DNA of 64,000 nucleotides from Paraphysomonas bandaiensis (lineage: Eukaryota > Protista > Chrysophyceae). The position numbers and the translations under genes are program-made. This document shows positions 1 to 12,980 of this stretch, piece after piece (within the stretch, counting starts at the first letter, position 1; every line of letters begins with the position of its first letter). The DNA lies in the NCBI GenBank assembly GCA_965644295.1, contig CBFFRP010000427.1:62001-126000 (forward strand), in the 5' to 3' direction. A model generated the notes under the pieces. That model searched no databases, was not told where the DNA came from, and saw nothing but the letters and a program-made list of their open reading frames with translations.

Positions 1-487
1 CCTCTCGCCATATGCCTAAGGCCCCTTTCCAATTTGTGCACCTTCCGGAGAAAATTGATGGAGTGTGATAACAGCAAATAGTCGTATAGCTGAGTCCAAC
101 GAGCTACTTAAATCGCTATAACACCGACACCGACTACCATATGAATATAGGTGTATACCAGTGAGTAGAAATCCATTGCTCAAAACCGAAATTGTGTGCT
201 CGAGGGCAAGTCCTAGTACTCTTCTTCCTCACAGTTCTCTCATAATATAATAATAAACATTTACTACATTCGTTTCCTATATTAAACCAGCTACATGCCT
301 TAAATGAATATCATAGTTGTATTGGAATTATATTAGTCAGTGTCATTATCATAATATTATATCATTAAACATGAGACAAGGGTGTTATAAAAGCCCACGG
401 CTTTACATAACCTCTTCATGTTCTTATTGCTCTTTCCCATAAACTAACTGAATTTCTTGACAATATTCTTGGCATATTCTGGTTGAT

Positions 488-2809
488 CTAACATGTACCA
501 CAGTCCTCACCTCTCATGATTCTGATATTCAGAAATCGTTTGCACACCGTAGTTACAACCCTATTGAATTCAGGAAGATATACATGATATCCTACCTTAC
601 CATCAGAGTAACCCATTAAATATCCAACTAGAGCCTTATCCTCCCAGTCCTTTCGTCGATCCGCCCTCGATGAACGTACATAAGTTCGACACCCCCATAC
701 CCTAAGATATTTCAAATTTGGAGGCTCACCCGTTAGAAACTCTATAGGAGACATATACCCTTTATCTGTTTTCGTTGGCAATCGAATCAAAATATATCTG
801 GCTGCCATGTATGCATCCAGCCAAAATTGCGGTGGCAGTCCAGATTGGATTAACATTGCAAGGGTCATCTCTCCAGCAGAGTTCTGAACTTCCTTTCCTC
901 TATGGCATTTATCTCCGGAGAGTCTGTTGAGCTCCATGTATGTTTATAGCACTCCTGTGACCTAAGATACTGACGCAGCTCTTCACTGATCAACTCTCCT
1001 GCACCATCTGCATGGTAATGCTCCATCTTGAGCTTGTACCTTTTAACATCACCTTTAAACAGCTCTTTGAAGACTTCTAATACCGCTTCCCCAGTTCTGT
1101 TGACTAGACCCGTCGCCCAGAACATATACCTCTCTCCTCCTCGAGCAGGACAATTTAAGTACACAGCTATATCTGCTGAAAAATTCGGTCTAACGGAATT
1201 CTCGTCCTTCGTTCGGAAGCTGACTCGGATTATTTTAGACCTGGCACACACATCACACAGACATTGATTTTTATGTACTCTAGTCGAGAGGTGCTTGCGT
1301 TTCAACCCCGTGCCCATGATGAGCATCCTCTTGTGTGCTTCCACTAAGGCATGCTTGTTGAAGTGACCCGCTCGCCGATGCAGCAATTCAAGCTCATCCT
1401 CACCAGTCCTATCGCTTAGATTCACTTCACAATCACTCGGTGTCGACACATCTGGCTTCTCCAACAGCTGCTGAGTTGGCACTGCAGTCATTCCATTCTT
1501 CATGGGTCCCTCCAGCACCAGCTTCCCAGTTGTACTGTTATATATTTGTATACCATACCATACCGTAAATCGATAGCCCATCTCATTCAGTTTACGTCCC
1601 GAGCACAGGCATCGATTTATCTGGTCTGATATTTCAATGTCCCTCCATGCTCCACGGGAACCCACACTCGTGATCCGAATCTCTGATCCCTTTTTAGAAC
1701 CGTTAATTACCTTTGATGTACTCATATGATTATCAAGCATGGTTACATCATTCATCAAGAACATCGATGATGAACAGCAGGTGTCAATATAAGTGTAATG
1801 GATGTCATCATTCACACTACAGATATTTGTTTCATATATTTGGCATGAAAACATAACATCCTCGATCATATATATATTAGCTTCATCTTCATCAGAGAAA
1901 TCTGCTTGTTCTCCACGCCGTATATTCTCTACTGTCAGCAGCTTTTTGTCCGGCTTCCTACCATGATTCTTCCCTTTCTCTCCTCTTCTAGAATGCTTTT
2001 TCTTCGCCGTTGGACAATCAGCAGCAAGATGTTCCAGAGACTTGCAGTTTCTGCACCCCGTATACTCAGCACTTCCAGGACGCTGCCCTGATATCTCTCC
2101 ATCCTTCTTCCTCTGCTTCCTCCTGCACTGTTCAGTTGAATGGCTATGAGGAATTCCTTCTTTCCTGCAATATCGACAATTGCCCTTCTTACGCTTATCC
2201 CGTTCAGTTCGAGACCGTTTGTTCTTTTCAATGAAATTCAGCTCCTCCACCTTCTTGCGTTTCCGCTCCAGCGCTCCTGCTGCTCCTGTAGCTCTTTCAG
2301 CAGTATTTCGAACCGTATTATATATAGTCCTTCGCAGTCTCCTCCGGACGCATCCGAAAAGAACCATACTGAGTTAATAGCTCACTGATCTTGTTTTGCT
2401 ACCCTCCAGCAAAGCATTTCTTCAACTCATCAATCATAACATGTGCCTTAAACCTGTTGCTCCCTCTTCTATCTGCCTTGAACCCTTTATGTAAAAGATG
2501 GAATTTCTGGAGCGCCTTCGAAGATGATTGCACTGCCTCTCTACAATACGAATACGCTATGGCATTCGCCTTCCAGTACTTCTTCACAGCGTGTCTGTAA
2601 GACTTCTCTTCCATTAACGCGAGTGGCTGTTCCCCGAAGTCGCTCTCCTTCGGTGGTGGCTCCACCGCTACTTCACTTTGCTCTTTCCTCATGAGGAATG
2701 TTTCAAAGTCTTCAATCCATTGTTCAACGTTATTCTCGTTGAACTGAGGAACTACTCCTCTATCCTCCTTCTCTCCTCCTCGCTCGCTACCATATTGAGA
2801 ATTGCTCAT
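488..2809 (-). mobile_element. Degenerate Ty1/copia LTR retrotransposon (gag-protease-integrase; RT/RNase H absent)
   Basis: gag N-terminus (2399-2809), CCHC knuckle CRNCKSLEHLAADC, protease-like YIDTCCS, GAG-pre-integrase LLHRRAGH..CDVC, integrase HADGAGE / SPEINAIEERK, then a frameshifted SGLPPQFW..LRVWGC part (488-937). Two frame changes. Confidence 0.9.
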
Positions 2810-3430
2810 TTTAAGCTAGATCACAGAGAGAATTTGTCGTAAGACTAGATAGATTTATTAATATCGTTTACACGAAGTTGTGATAACCAACACTAACTCT
2901 CATTATAATCCCTGCATAATATCCTACATATGCGAACCTCTCGTTACTGAACATATCTTGAAAGATCAAACTATTTCAGTTTCTCAATATCATCACAGCA
3001 TTTGTACATCATCACTATATTTCACTGTATTCTCGTACATTGTCTTCAAGAGACATACTGAATATACTAGAATAAGATCCATATTCTAATATGTATGTAT
3101 GTATATATAACTAAGTGTGAATAGAAGTAAGTGTTACTAAGTTGTTACTAAGTGTGAATAGAAGTGTTACTAAGAATAAATTATCAATGTATCAATTTAT
3201 TACTATTAAATTTATTGGGACAGAAATTATTATTATTGCAATTTTAATAGACTACAACTCTGCGCCAATTAATTGCTATGCAGCCCTGCTCTTTATCAGT
3301 CATACTTACTTAAGGACCTTAATCAATAGATGGCCTACCTTGCGAAATCTATTCGACAGTTCACAATGCATATATAACATCAGTCAATTAAACACAACAT
3401 ATAACTACAGTTCAACGAGAATTCTTTCTT

Positions 3431-4340
3431 CTAGTAACGCGGCCTTTTATAACTATTGTCAGAATAATATGATTCCTCTCCATCAGTGCTTCCTGCATAA
3501 TACTGGTAAGTTTATTTAGTCTTCTGGGCATTAGCACACCTATGGGTGGTGGACGAGGGGGTGGGGGAGGTGTCGACGACGGTGGTGCTATGCTACTCTG
3601 CAGTTGGTCAAGAAAAGCTGCAGATTGGTGCTCATTTATAACACGGTTCGTGTCAACAGACTGTTCTACAGGCGTAGGTTGGTTCTGCTGTTGACTAGGG
3701 CCATCACCTTGAGCCGCTCTGTGACGCAGCTGTTTTTCACAGTAAAGCTACCAGCATTTGTTAAACACGTATTCGCGTGTAGGCTACGAATTTACTCACC
3801 CGCCACGTCACTTCAGAGAATCCATAATTAAAATAATCAGATATGTCCGTGTGAGGCAAGCGCCAAGGTGTTTCGTCCAATTCGTCGATATCTACATCAA
3901 ATGCGGTCCGGTGATAGCTGAAACGAAGTGCCTTGATATCATCGTCGGTACCCTCGGCAATTCCATCTGTTGGCTCCGTCAATGGTTTTGGTACTTCAGG
4001 ACGAATAAAATGCTGCGATCCTATCAAGACAACAGCGCTATGAATATTTTTTGACACACTGTTTCTATCGATCACCTTTATCGAACCGTGCGTGTGAAGG
4101 GCCTGCATTCGCCGCAGTGACAAAAACAACATTGTCTTCTTCTTCCTCCTACACGCGTCCCGTATATTGAACACAACGCACAATACAATCACACGCACTC
4201 ACCTCAGAGTCTGAGTCGCTCCAATTGTCGTCAGGATCGTTGATTTCTTTTATCTCCGTGCCTTCAAGGACGTCTTCATCATGAGAGTGCAGTGGGCCAA
4301 CAGAAGTCATATCACTATGCTCACTATCAGCGCCGACCAT
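3431..4340 (-). CDS. FIP1: FIP1-like pre-mRNA 3'-processing factor (spliced, about 5 exons)
   Basis: Fip1 motif FDVDIDELDETPWRLPHTDISDYFNYGFSEVTWR followed after an intron by LYCEKQL. Acidic N-terminus from ATG 4340 and ~50-nt GT-AG introns. The last exon is inferred. Confidence 0.8.
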
Positions 4341-5008
4341 GATACTGCGCTCTATAGCGAATGTGCTCACACTGCCCAGTGAATATACGCACATGTACTG
4401 TATGAACTATGATGCAGAACTCCCTCGCAGCAGCACATCCATGTCCATAATACCGTGGAATACTGTAAAACACAGAGTGTATAATTACTTTCACACACAC
4501 AACAAAAAAAGGCGAAACCAGCCAAATCAACACTCGATTCCGAAAATCCAGCAGAGCAGAGCGGGCTTCGTAGGGGGGAGGGCTGCATTCGACATTCTGG
4601 ACTGGGTATTTACACATATGAACAGCAGCAGCAATGCTTGAGTAAGAGTTGGAGTACCGACGAAAAAGTTATAACGATGAGGAGATAGGAAACCGGAAGC
4701 CGTCTTGTAGGTGGACATCTGAGTAGAAGGGGATTTTAGTCGATAGTATGTTTGAAAGGGTTACAAATGGTGTGGGGTGGGATAGAGAGACATCTAAGCT
4801 ATTGAATATTTTCCCATGTAAGACTGAGATGGTATTGGCCAAAGAGCGTCTATATTTAAGTTTACTGGGGCCCTAGACTGAAATATCGGTCTTGGTTGAA
4901 TATTCAACAGGAAACAATGGAGATACAGAAGATTGTATGACTTCGGGGGATGTTCATCGAGCTAGGACTGCGGTTGTGTTCACCCACTTTCCTTTCTGGA
5001 GTACCAAA

Positions 5009-5069
5009 GTATATAATAAGCGTTCGAAATATATTGAGATTAGGTATCATTGGGTAAGAGAGTCTGTAA
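5009..5069 (+). pseudogene. copia RNase H C-terminal remnant
   Basis: KRSKYIEIRYHWVRE resembles the copia RTKHIDIRYHFIRE motif; cut by a hAT-type end at 5070. Confidence 0.6.
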
Positions 5070-5170
5070 CAGGGCTGCGTAACAATTAATTGTCAATTAT
5101 TGAAATTGAAATAATTGACATTGAGACAGCAAATAGACAACAACTTACTTCAATTTATTGGGATATTTTA
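5070..5170 (+). mobile_element. Terminal inverted repeat of hAT-like family (cagggctgcgt..caattaattg)
   Basis: Same terminus as 5557 and the reverse complement of 7903-7925 and 30455-30477. Confidence 0.65.
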
Positions 5171-5556
5171 ATACCATTTCTTTGAGTACGTCTATTAGTT
5201 ACTGTGCGCATTCGTGAGTGGTACAAACTACACGTAGCTAGTTAAATACTCAAGTTCACACTAACATGTGTTCATTCTAAAACTGAAAATTGATTATATC
5301 ATTCGCTGGGCTCCTAGAAAAAGCTTTATTGACAACGTTTCCCAGAATATCAGATATCTAAATCACTCATGATGGTAAATAGTCATATCAACATCGAAAT
5401 CTTGTAAAACAAATCCCTCAACAAAGTCGGACTCGCACCTTGTCGTGGCGTTCTGAGGGATAGCACCAGAGAGATTTCTTCCGGAAACTAATGTGAGCTG
5501 TACACATATAGATAGCAGATAATTTTCTGCCCACTCGTAGCCAAATTCTTGGGTGG

Positions 5557-7925
5557 CAGGGCTGAGTATCAATTAATGGACGCAGGTTCTAATTGCAATT
5601 ATTACTTGCTGTCTCAATTGCAACAAATTCTCTGCCCTACGGTTGCAAATACAGTCCAACAAAAAGTTGCACCCTTCTAGCCAGCTCCAAGCCCAATGTC
5701 TCTATTGAGACCGTGGCAGCGTCACATCAGCGTGTCCAGGCCTCGAACGGCCTCTTACTCCCCCGTACAGCTGAATTTTGTAGACCACTACCCTTCCGAC
5801 AAATCTCTTGTCTTACCATGGTGTACATGCTCCAAGCCTCACTGCGTGGCCTTGCAACTTCCACCCTACCCACCTGTCTCAGGTAAACAACGTGCCTGCA
5901 CCAATGCAGCGCTGACCGCATGCATATGCTATCACCTAAGGAGACACCTTCGTCTCCTACACGGTTCTCTACGGATACAACCACTTACAGCATGGCTCGT
6001 GCGAGCAGATCCACGCAAACGGCCCCCATGTACCTTCTCTGCAACCCCTGTCTCCTCTCGACACCTCTCCACTGCACAACAGGGCCGTCTCCTGACGACA
6101 ACCCAGCCCAACCCAACATGGTTTGTTTGTGGTCCATCCACCCAGCAGGCTCCCCCTCACCCTGTTCACCTATCACCCCCACAGCCCATCCATCTCATTG
6201 GATAGACACTGTATTCCGCATACGGTATACTCGACTACTGTATTACTGTGCCCTACAGGATGTATACCATGCCAATACGATGCAAATATACTGCAGTACA
6301 CCACACAGCTCCAACCCACACGACTACACTGGTACTGTAGGTATACAGGCGGTAGTCCTACCTCCCTACCTGTATGCCTGCACTGTTGGACACATCACCA
6401 AGGGCAGCTGAGGACGTCCGAGTGTCTCCTCCAGACCATCATCATCATCATGGTCATCTCGTGCATAGGTCTATCAGAGTACTCGACCTTGGCACCCCCA
6501 CACATCTACCACCACCCCCCAACCACCTCATCCACCTCTCAACCCACTCACCTGGAACTCGGAACACTTATGGCATTAATATACCACACTGAGCCTCCTC
6601 CAAACCCAACAGAGACCCATCCCAAAGGGAGACCCCCAGATCAAAAGCGCCGGTGAGTCCACGGACACACGATAAAGGCGAATTTCATATCACACAAAAA
6701 GAACGGAAGTGGTTGCACCTTGGTGCTTGCGGCGACGCACAAGCAGCTTTCGTAGCGTTAAATAGTAGGATAAAAGAGTTTGTATTGATTAGTTACGGGT
6801 AGTGGTCTAACTAGTATGACTAGCATTCTTCTAGCCACTAATTGATGCAAGGTCTCAACGCCTATTGCTAAATAATCAGACATTCACTACCAATTGCAAC
6901 TACTTGCAATTATTAAGTTCTAAAATGCACAATACACTAGCGGCTGCCAATATTGCTACCTCAACTGTCATTTCATTCCAGAGGCGATGGTTCATGCGTA
7001 AAAACATAAGAAGCTCTTAAATGTCGAGGAGTCAAGCTCTTTCGCAAACCCGATAACAATCTTATAGCTGCACTGAACAACCTTTCAACCTTATCAAATG
7101 CGATAAGCAACTAGACTCGCACTGTAATCATCCATGAACCTTCCTTTTTGCATGTCCATCCATCAGCAATCAAACACAAATAAATTGGAAGCAGTGCTTT
7201 GCGTTTTCATAATTGATATTGCATTCGACTTGTAAGTCCAAGACTTCCATATATATATACCTCATCAATGTTGATCCTCTTCATCCTCATCGAGCAAAAC
7301 TATTTTAATTCGATTCATTTTTCCGTCCTAGTTAGTACGGTTTTGTTTCCACATTGTATTTTCACGACTGCCTTCTTGAAACCAGAGTTATGAATAATAG
7401 CAGCATTGTCGCCTAGATGACGCTCGACAATCGAGTGCCTTTTATGACGTGTTCGTCAAACAAAGTATAAACGTCGTGGAGGTCAAGCTGGTGTTCACCT
7501 TACTTCTATAATTGTATGGACACTAGTTGAAACAATTCCAATTTCTTCCGTAATTGCACTTGGTATTAGAACCAAACTCGCATGATCGCAAATGATTAGA
7601 TAGAAGCAAGTAGCGGTCAAGCATGATGGCAAATGTGAAGCCCCTTTTCCTGCAGGACAAGTCTCTATACTGCAACCTCTTCATTATTTTCATAACTTCT
7701 GGTACCAGTTTATCGCTCCTATCGCTAATTAATTAAATGACTTACTATGTGAGATAATCCTACTATATGGATATTTTACCAATCTTCGATTTTGTCCTAA
7801 AATTGGATTTTTGCAATAAAAATGCTGTATTTCAACAAATTTTCAGCTTAAAAAGGTGGTATTTTTTGATCAATTAATTGAAGCGAGCTGGAGTCAATAT
7901 GACAATTAATTGATACGCAGCCCTG
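5557..7925 (-). mobile_element. Defective hAT DNA transposon
   Basis: TIRs cagggctgagtatcaattaat / attaattgatacgcagccctg, 8-bp TSD ttgggtgg/ttgtgtgg, and a minus-strand IADGWT transposase remnant near 7150-7175. Confidence 0.8.
5625..6890 (+). mobile_element. Non-autonomous non-LTR retroposon (family 1) with LINE-type 3' tail
   Basis: 10-bp TSD caattgcaac (5615-5624, 6891-6900). Same 5' start (aattctctgccctacg) as the 12981 copy and the shared tail at 6705-6890. Confidence 0.85.
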
Positions 7926-8041
7926 TTGTGTGGTGGTTGTGGATTGTGGATTGTGAATACTAATTAGTGTCATTTTTGTAGGCGTCTTTGTGCACTGACA
8001 ACAAATAAGCAATGTCTGAGTTAAGCAGTAGTAAGTTGTAA

Positions 8042-10548
8042 TAGGGCCTGATAACCATTATTGATCCCGGCAATTATAATGGCATTAATGAAAAACGTCC
8101 CGGCAATTATAATGGCCATTAATGGCCGTTAATACCTACTAACTTAAAGTAGATAGCACCACTCATATAATAGATAGTGTTCTACTCTCTAAAGGTTAAT
8201 CCATATATCTTTTATACCGTATTTGAGTATTCAGTATCGTTTACCTTTTCTGCGGTGGTAGAGTTTGTGCGGTGTGGTTGTGAGCTGGCAGGAGTTGAGG
8301 GAGGCGTCGCTTGTGTCACATCGATGTTGTGAAATCTACAACCTCTGTTTTTGAGCAGGTTTATTCCTCCATTGTAGAGAGGGAGCAGAACCTTGGTGAC
8401 GGATTTTTCCAGCTTGTGGAACTGGTGTTCGAGTAGTGAGGTGGAAATGATGCGGCCGTAGGCGTTTGCCAGTTGCGAGGTTGTCCGGTCCAGTATCTCT
8501 CAACTTGGGGTGTGGTAGGATCCCATGCAGCCCTCGCTTGTCTAGTTAGGGCATTGTGGAGCCAGTGGAGGGGTTGTCGTTGCCCGTGGAGTTTGGCAAG
8601 CTGAGTTTGTTGTGTGTGGAAGGCGTTTTCACGTATTTGGGCGATCTCAGGGTGTGCACATTGGAGAAGAATGTGCGCCATGTTGTCTGAAGTGTGGTTG
8701 CAATCTGTACAATTTTTATTTGGCTGCTGTTGTGAGTTCATCTCCATGTTTTCCCTTGGCTCGATTTCTGCCCATTGCGTAGGATTTATCCCAGACATAT
8801 GCGGTTTCGCGGATGCGATCATGGAATGGGACATAGTATTTGGGGGAATTATTGGTCTTGAGGGGGTGAAGTTTGTGTGGAAGCCTGGTGCCGCTGTGTG
8901 TCCAGTACTGCGAGTCTCGGCTTGCACTTGTGGCGTACGTGCCGTCCAGCGTGAGGATGTATTGGTGGAGGTCCCATTGGTGTTGGAGTTCGGTGACGTC
9001 TCCTAGCGTGGGACCGCTGTCGGTGTGGAGGTGTTTTTCATATCTTCTCCATTGCCATTGGCCGGCAGTAAGGAATTCGTCGATGAGGTGTGTGAGTGTA
9101 CATTCGTAGGTGTATGGTGTTATCCCGGGTAGGGTATGCTCGGGGGCTGTAAGTCGGAGTATTTTGGTTAGTCCTTTGCTCCAGTTGGTTTTGGGTGGAA
9201 GCCAGACAATTGCTGCCCCTCCGTTGTGCGTTGCGTGCTGGGTGTGTAGATGAGCAGGAGAGAGGTTAGTTCGTGTGAAAGAACCATCAGTGAAGATAGC
9301 TTGAAAATCGTGTGGATGATTTTTCGTACAGTTGGAGCTGGGATTGGACTTTTTCGATGGTTCCTCGGAATTGAGGCGTGGCCGGAGGTGGGGGCTGTGG
9401 TGGCTCTGATTGGGATGGTGTGCTAGTATATGCAGTGAGTATGTATATATATATACACCTGCACGGGATCCAATTCTAGTCCCAAATGGTTATGGTGGGC
9501 TCAACTTCAAAAGGAGCGCCTATTACAATACATTCCATTTTGTCTATGGCTAGCTGCATTCCCGTGAATGCACAGAAGGATGAAAGCCGGTCCGCCTTCA
9601 CATGCGTGGTGGCAATGGAGTTTGTTATTTGGGAGAGGTCGTCCGCGTAGGCTTTATCTTGACTGTCGTCATTGAGGTCAGCCCAGCATAGAATCATTTA
9701 GAAGATGACGATCAGACTACAAATTTTGAGTTATATAGCAGACTACAAATTTTAACTACTTCTCGCTCTCTACATTCACATCAGGATCTTCTTGCAGGGC
9801 TTCCTGGAGGGTATAAACATTCCACAACATGTAATTAGCTCGTAGGGATAACAACGTTTCTAGACGATATGGATTCATGTTTCTACGCTCAGGTGTCATA
9901 ATCACCTGTGCACGACTAAAGAGCCTCTCAACAACATTAGATTGTGTTTCAATATGAAGCAAGCGGCGGTAGTTGGACTCATAGGTACCTAGGTACCAAG
10001 TCGAGCTCTCTTGGTGACCTCGGTGCTGTCCAGAACACGCTGTGCAAAATCAGTTCCTTCACTCTCGTCCTCGTTATTTCTGTCGGGTACACCAATCCAG
10101 TTGCAAATGTCTAACTGCTCTTCTTCTCATCTTCTGTCAACTCTCTTTCATCGTTCCCTTGAATTTTAGCCACTGCCTTCTCAAAATTTGCAGTGGCAAC
10201 AATGCTTGCATTCAGGTATGGATGGAGCTCTGGAAATTCTTGTAGCAGCATATCAAATTACTGGCGGGCTTGGTGCAAATTGGTTCCATCTCTTTGTAAG
10301 GCCAGAGTAACACTCTATAACTTTTCACGTTGCGTCAAATATTGTTACAGATCTCGAAATTCAGATTCTCGCCAAGAAAAATCCGCATGTTTGGTGCTCT
10401 TGGTTATATGATTAACACAACTCGTGTAACCTCGCTTTACATCTTGTTTAAGGCGATCATTGCACAACGAACAAATAGGATACAGAGGATTCTCTGAATT
10501 CACTCTGAATCTGTAAATTACACTGCAATCAATTTTTTCGGCCATCAT
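8042..10548 (-). mobile_element. Fragmented hAT transposon interrupted by LINE pieces
   Basis: TIR-like tagggcctgataaccatt at 8042, hATC dimerisation remnant SNVVERLFS..LETLLSLRAN (9756-9962), BED-finger-like CSLC..H..H (10345-10548). Confidence 0.7.
8240..9697 (-). mobile_element. LINE (non-LTR retrotransposon) ORF2 remnants: RT, RNase H, CCHC
   Basis: AYADDL RT motif (9476-9697), AIFTDGSF RNase H motif near 9277-9300, CTDC..HILLQC zinc knuckle (8361-8927) similar to the 45576 ORF. Confidence 0.8.
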
Positions 10549-10649
10549 CGTTGCTTAATATATTATGGTATAAATACAGAGTAAAATTACTTTTCTTAGT
10601 TGTGTACTGTAGCTTCTTTCAACTTTGGGGAAAAAATAGTATTGCATAT

Positions 10650-11560
10650 TATTAGGATTCAGCTTAATATGATTGTATCTGTGAGTTATAATGTGTCCAA
10701 TGAAATATACCATGAACTGAATTAGAGAGAGTATCTGTCGAAGATACGTGATCGTCATCATAACGTCGTCATTATCAGTTACACTTCTAACTATTCCGTT
10801 GTGCATGATAGTACGTTCTATATTGTTATTCATAATTTTCACTCTATCGTGTTCATTACTTACACTCTAATAATCACAACATTGTTTTACTATTATAAAG
10901 ATCAATTCTTTATTTGGTAGCGAGATGTCAGTTAAAATTACAAGTTACGACTCAACAGACTCGGATTCGACAACCGGCAAGCGAAAGGACTCAATGCCAA
11001 AATTCGATGCGAAGAACTTCTCCAGGTGGCAGAAGAAATGCCGTGCATGGTTCTATCGCAAGCCTAAGATCGTTTATACTCTACAGAACGATCAACCAAT
11101 TGAGCCTGAAGAAGGAGAAAACTCAGATGACGAGGACTACCAGTATCGACTCGAACAGTATCAGGATGCGAAACGATATTATTATGAAGGTAATAACTAC
11201 CTATGGTCAGTCATTGCAAGCTCTATCATTGGTCAGAATGAAGAGGCTGAAGGGATTTTGGAGAACGTCCCCGATGGAGACGGTAAAACCGCCTGGACGG
11301 ACTTGCTAAACCACTTCAAAGAAAAAACGACTAATGACGTAATCACCGATCTGATTGGCCAGTTCCAGAGCATAAAAATCAAAAAAGGTCAGTCGATAAT
11401 CAACTTTCTTGACGCTGTCGAAAGCTGATTATGGTCATCGGATAAGTGACCAAGATCTTATATCACGCATTCGACAAGGCCTGGTATCCAAAGAAAATAT
11501 GACGTATCGTGAACTGGCGATCAACCTGCAGATCGATGACTACAAAACACTGATACTATA
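10650..11560 (+). mobile_element. copia 5' LTR, PBS and truncated gag
   Basis: LTR 10650-10912 (inverted copy at 14857-15124), PBS-like tggtagcgag at about 10915, gag ORF 10925-11428 with PKFDAKNFSRWQKK and DGKTAWTDL. Confidence 0.75.
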
Positions 11561-12231
11561 AAAACCTCGTTTTTGTGATGAAAAAAAGGGGTGGATCTTC
11601 ATCTACACGCCGGCTTCGGGTGGTGCGCCCAATAAGTCTAAACGGCGGATGAGTTTCCAGGGAAGTGAATGTCCCTTCGTACTTTGCCTAGTGATACTGT
11701 GTATACTAAGTCCAGTGAGATCAGCGTGAATCGTATCTGTGAGACTGTACCTGCTGAGTCTAGGGAGATTTGTGTGGTAAGCGTACGGGTGTTGACTAGT
11801 GTGTCCACCCTGGGTGAGGTAAACCTTTATGATGAGGAGATTGTCAATCTGTGTGATGACAGTGACTGTATTTAATAACTAACATAATATGTCTAATTGT
11901 AGAGAGACCACAAAAGGCATAATATGCGAAGTTCGTTAATTACGTTGATTACGTTAATCAGGCTATGTCTGCTGGCATGCAGGAACTGGTGTGGCTTCGG
12001 GGGGTGTTGGTCGAACTGGGACTTCGATTGTACGAACCCACTCCATTCTTCCTGACAACCAGGGTGCTCGCAACTTAGCGTTGAAGTTGAATGATGTGGT
12101 GTGATTGATCTCAGTGACGAGGATAAGAAATCATACGTGCTGTTATCAGAGACAGAAGATCTTTCAGATGTGTTGTCTATGGTGAGACTTGCTGAAACGT
12201 CGGAGTCATACGTCCACCGGTTTGTCCTACT

Positions 12232-12364
12232 ATGAGGTTTTTGGTGGTTGCGTATCCGTCAGTTATGTCTTGCGATGTGAAGATTCAATGTACAGCTCAT
12301 GAGGTCTTGATGGTTGCGTATCCGTCAGTTATGACTCGTGGTTTGACAGTTCGATGTACAGCTT
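12232..12364 (+). repeat. Two-copy ~68-bp tandem repeat inside a probable LTR
   Basis: tgaggt..tggttgcgtatccgtcagttatg..atgtacagct occurs twice; a G-run PPT-like tract precedes tgttgg near 12000. Confidence 0.7.
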
Positions 12365-12980
12365 TGAATTGAGAGTGTGTGTTGAGTTTTGCTGTTAAAG
12401 CAATTAAAAGCTGTAATTCTAAGATATTTTATGACGGTTACTGGAGAATACAGTAGTGATGAGCTGTATTATGAGAAGTGATATCATGACGATGTAAGAT
12501 CGTACTAGAAATGAGTGGTAGTAGAGATAACGTGATATATAGTTTATTATATTTATTATAATCTTCTCTTATATTAACTTGATAAATGAGTGAATACACG
12601 TCAAGTTAACTTACTAATCATCCAATTGTGTCATAACTTGACATTTGGAGGGTGCGTAATGTTGTGTAGGTATGTTGGTATTACCGAGAGTAGTATCAAA
12701 CTGTATTTTTTTAGTGTGCATCCTAGGATTAATACACACCTCGGTAAATATAATATGCACGCCATTAAATCAAACTATATGTGGTACTATATACTATATA
12801 ATCTGATTGAAAGCAGTAAATATATATATTGATTACTAATAATATTAGCTTATTCTATTCGTGCTTTGCTAACATTTGTGAAATATGAATTGATACTATT
12901 AAAGGAAATCTTGTTGAGGCCTATAGAAGTAAGTAAGTAACTGAACTCTGGTAGTGAAATGCCTTATTATTAGTAACAGG

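Larger units (their letters stand above)
5413..8008 (+). mobile_element. SINE-like retroposon copy split by a hAT insertion (5413-5556 joined to 7926-8008)
   Basis: Head matches copies at 19470, 21235(-), 25498(-) and 48478(-). The body resumes after 7925 with actaattagtgtc..gtaggcgtctttg. Confidence 0.75.

Noticed and set aside
5468-5500. 5S rRNA origin of the SINE head (cggaaactaa versus cggaagctaa)
   Set aside because: The similarity is too short and the rest of the 5S internal promoter is not evident.
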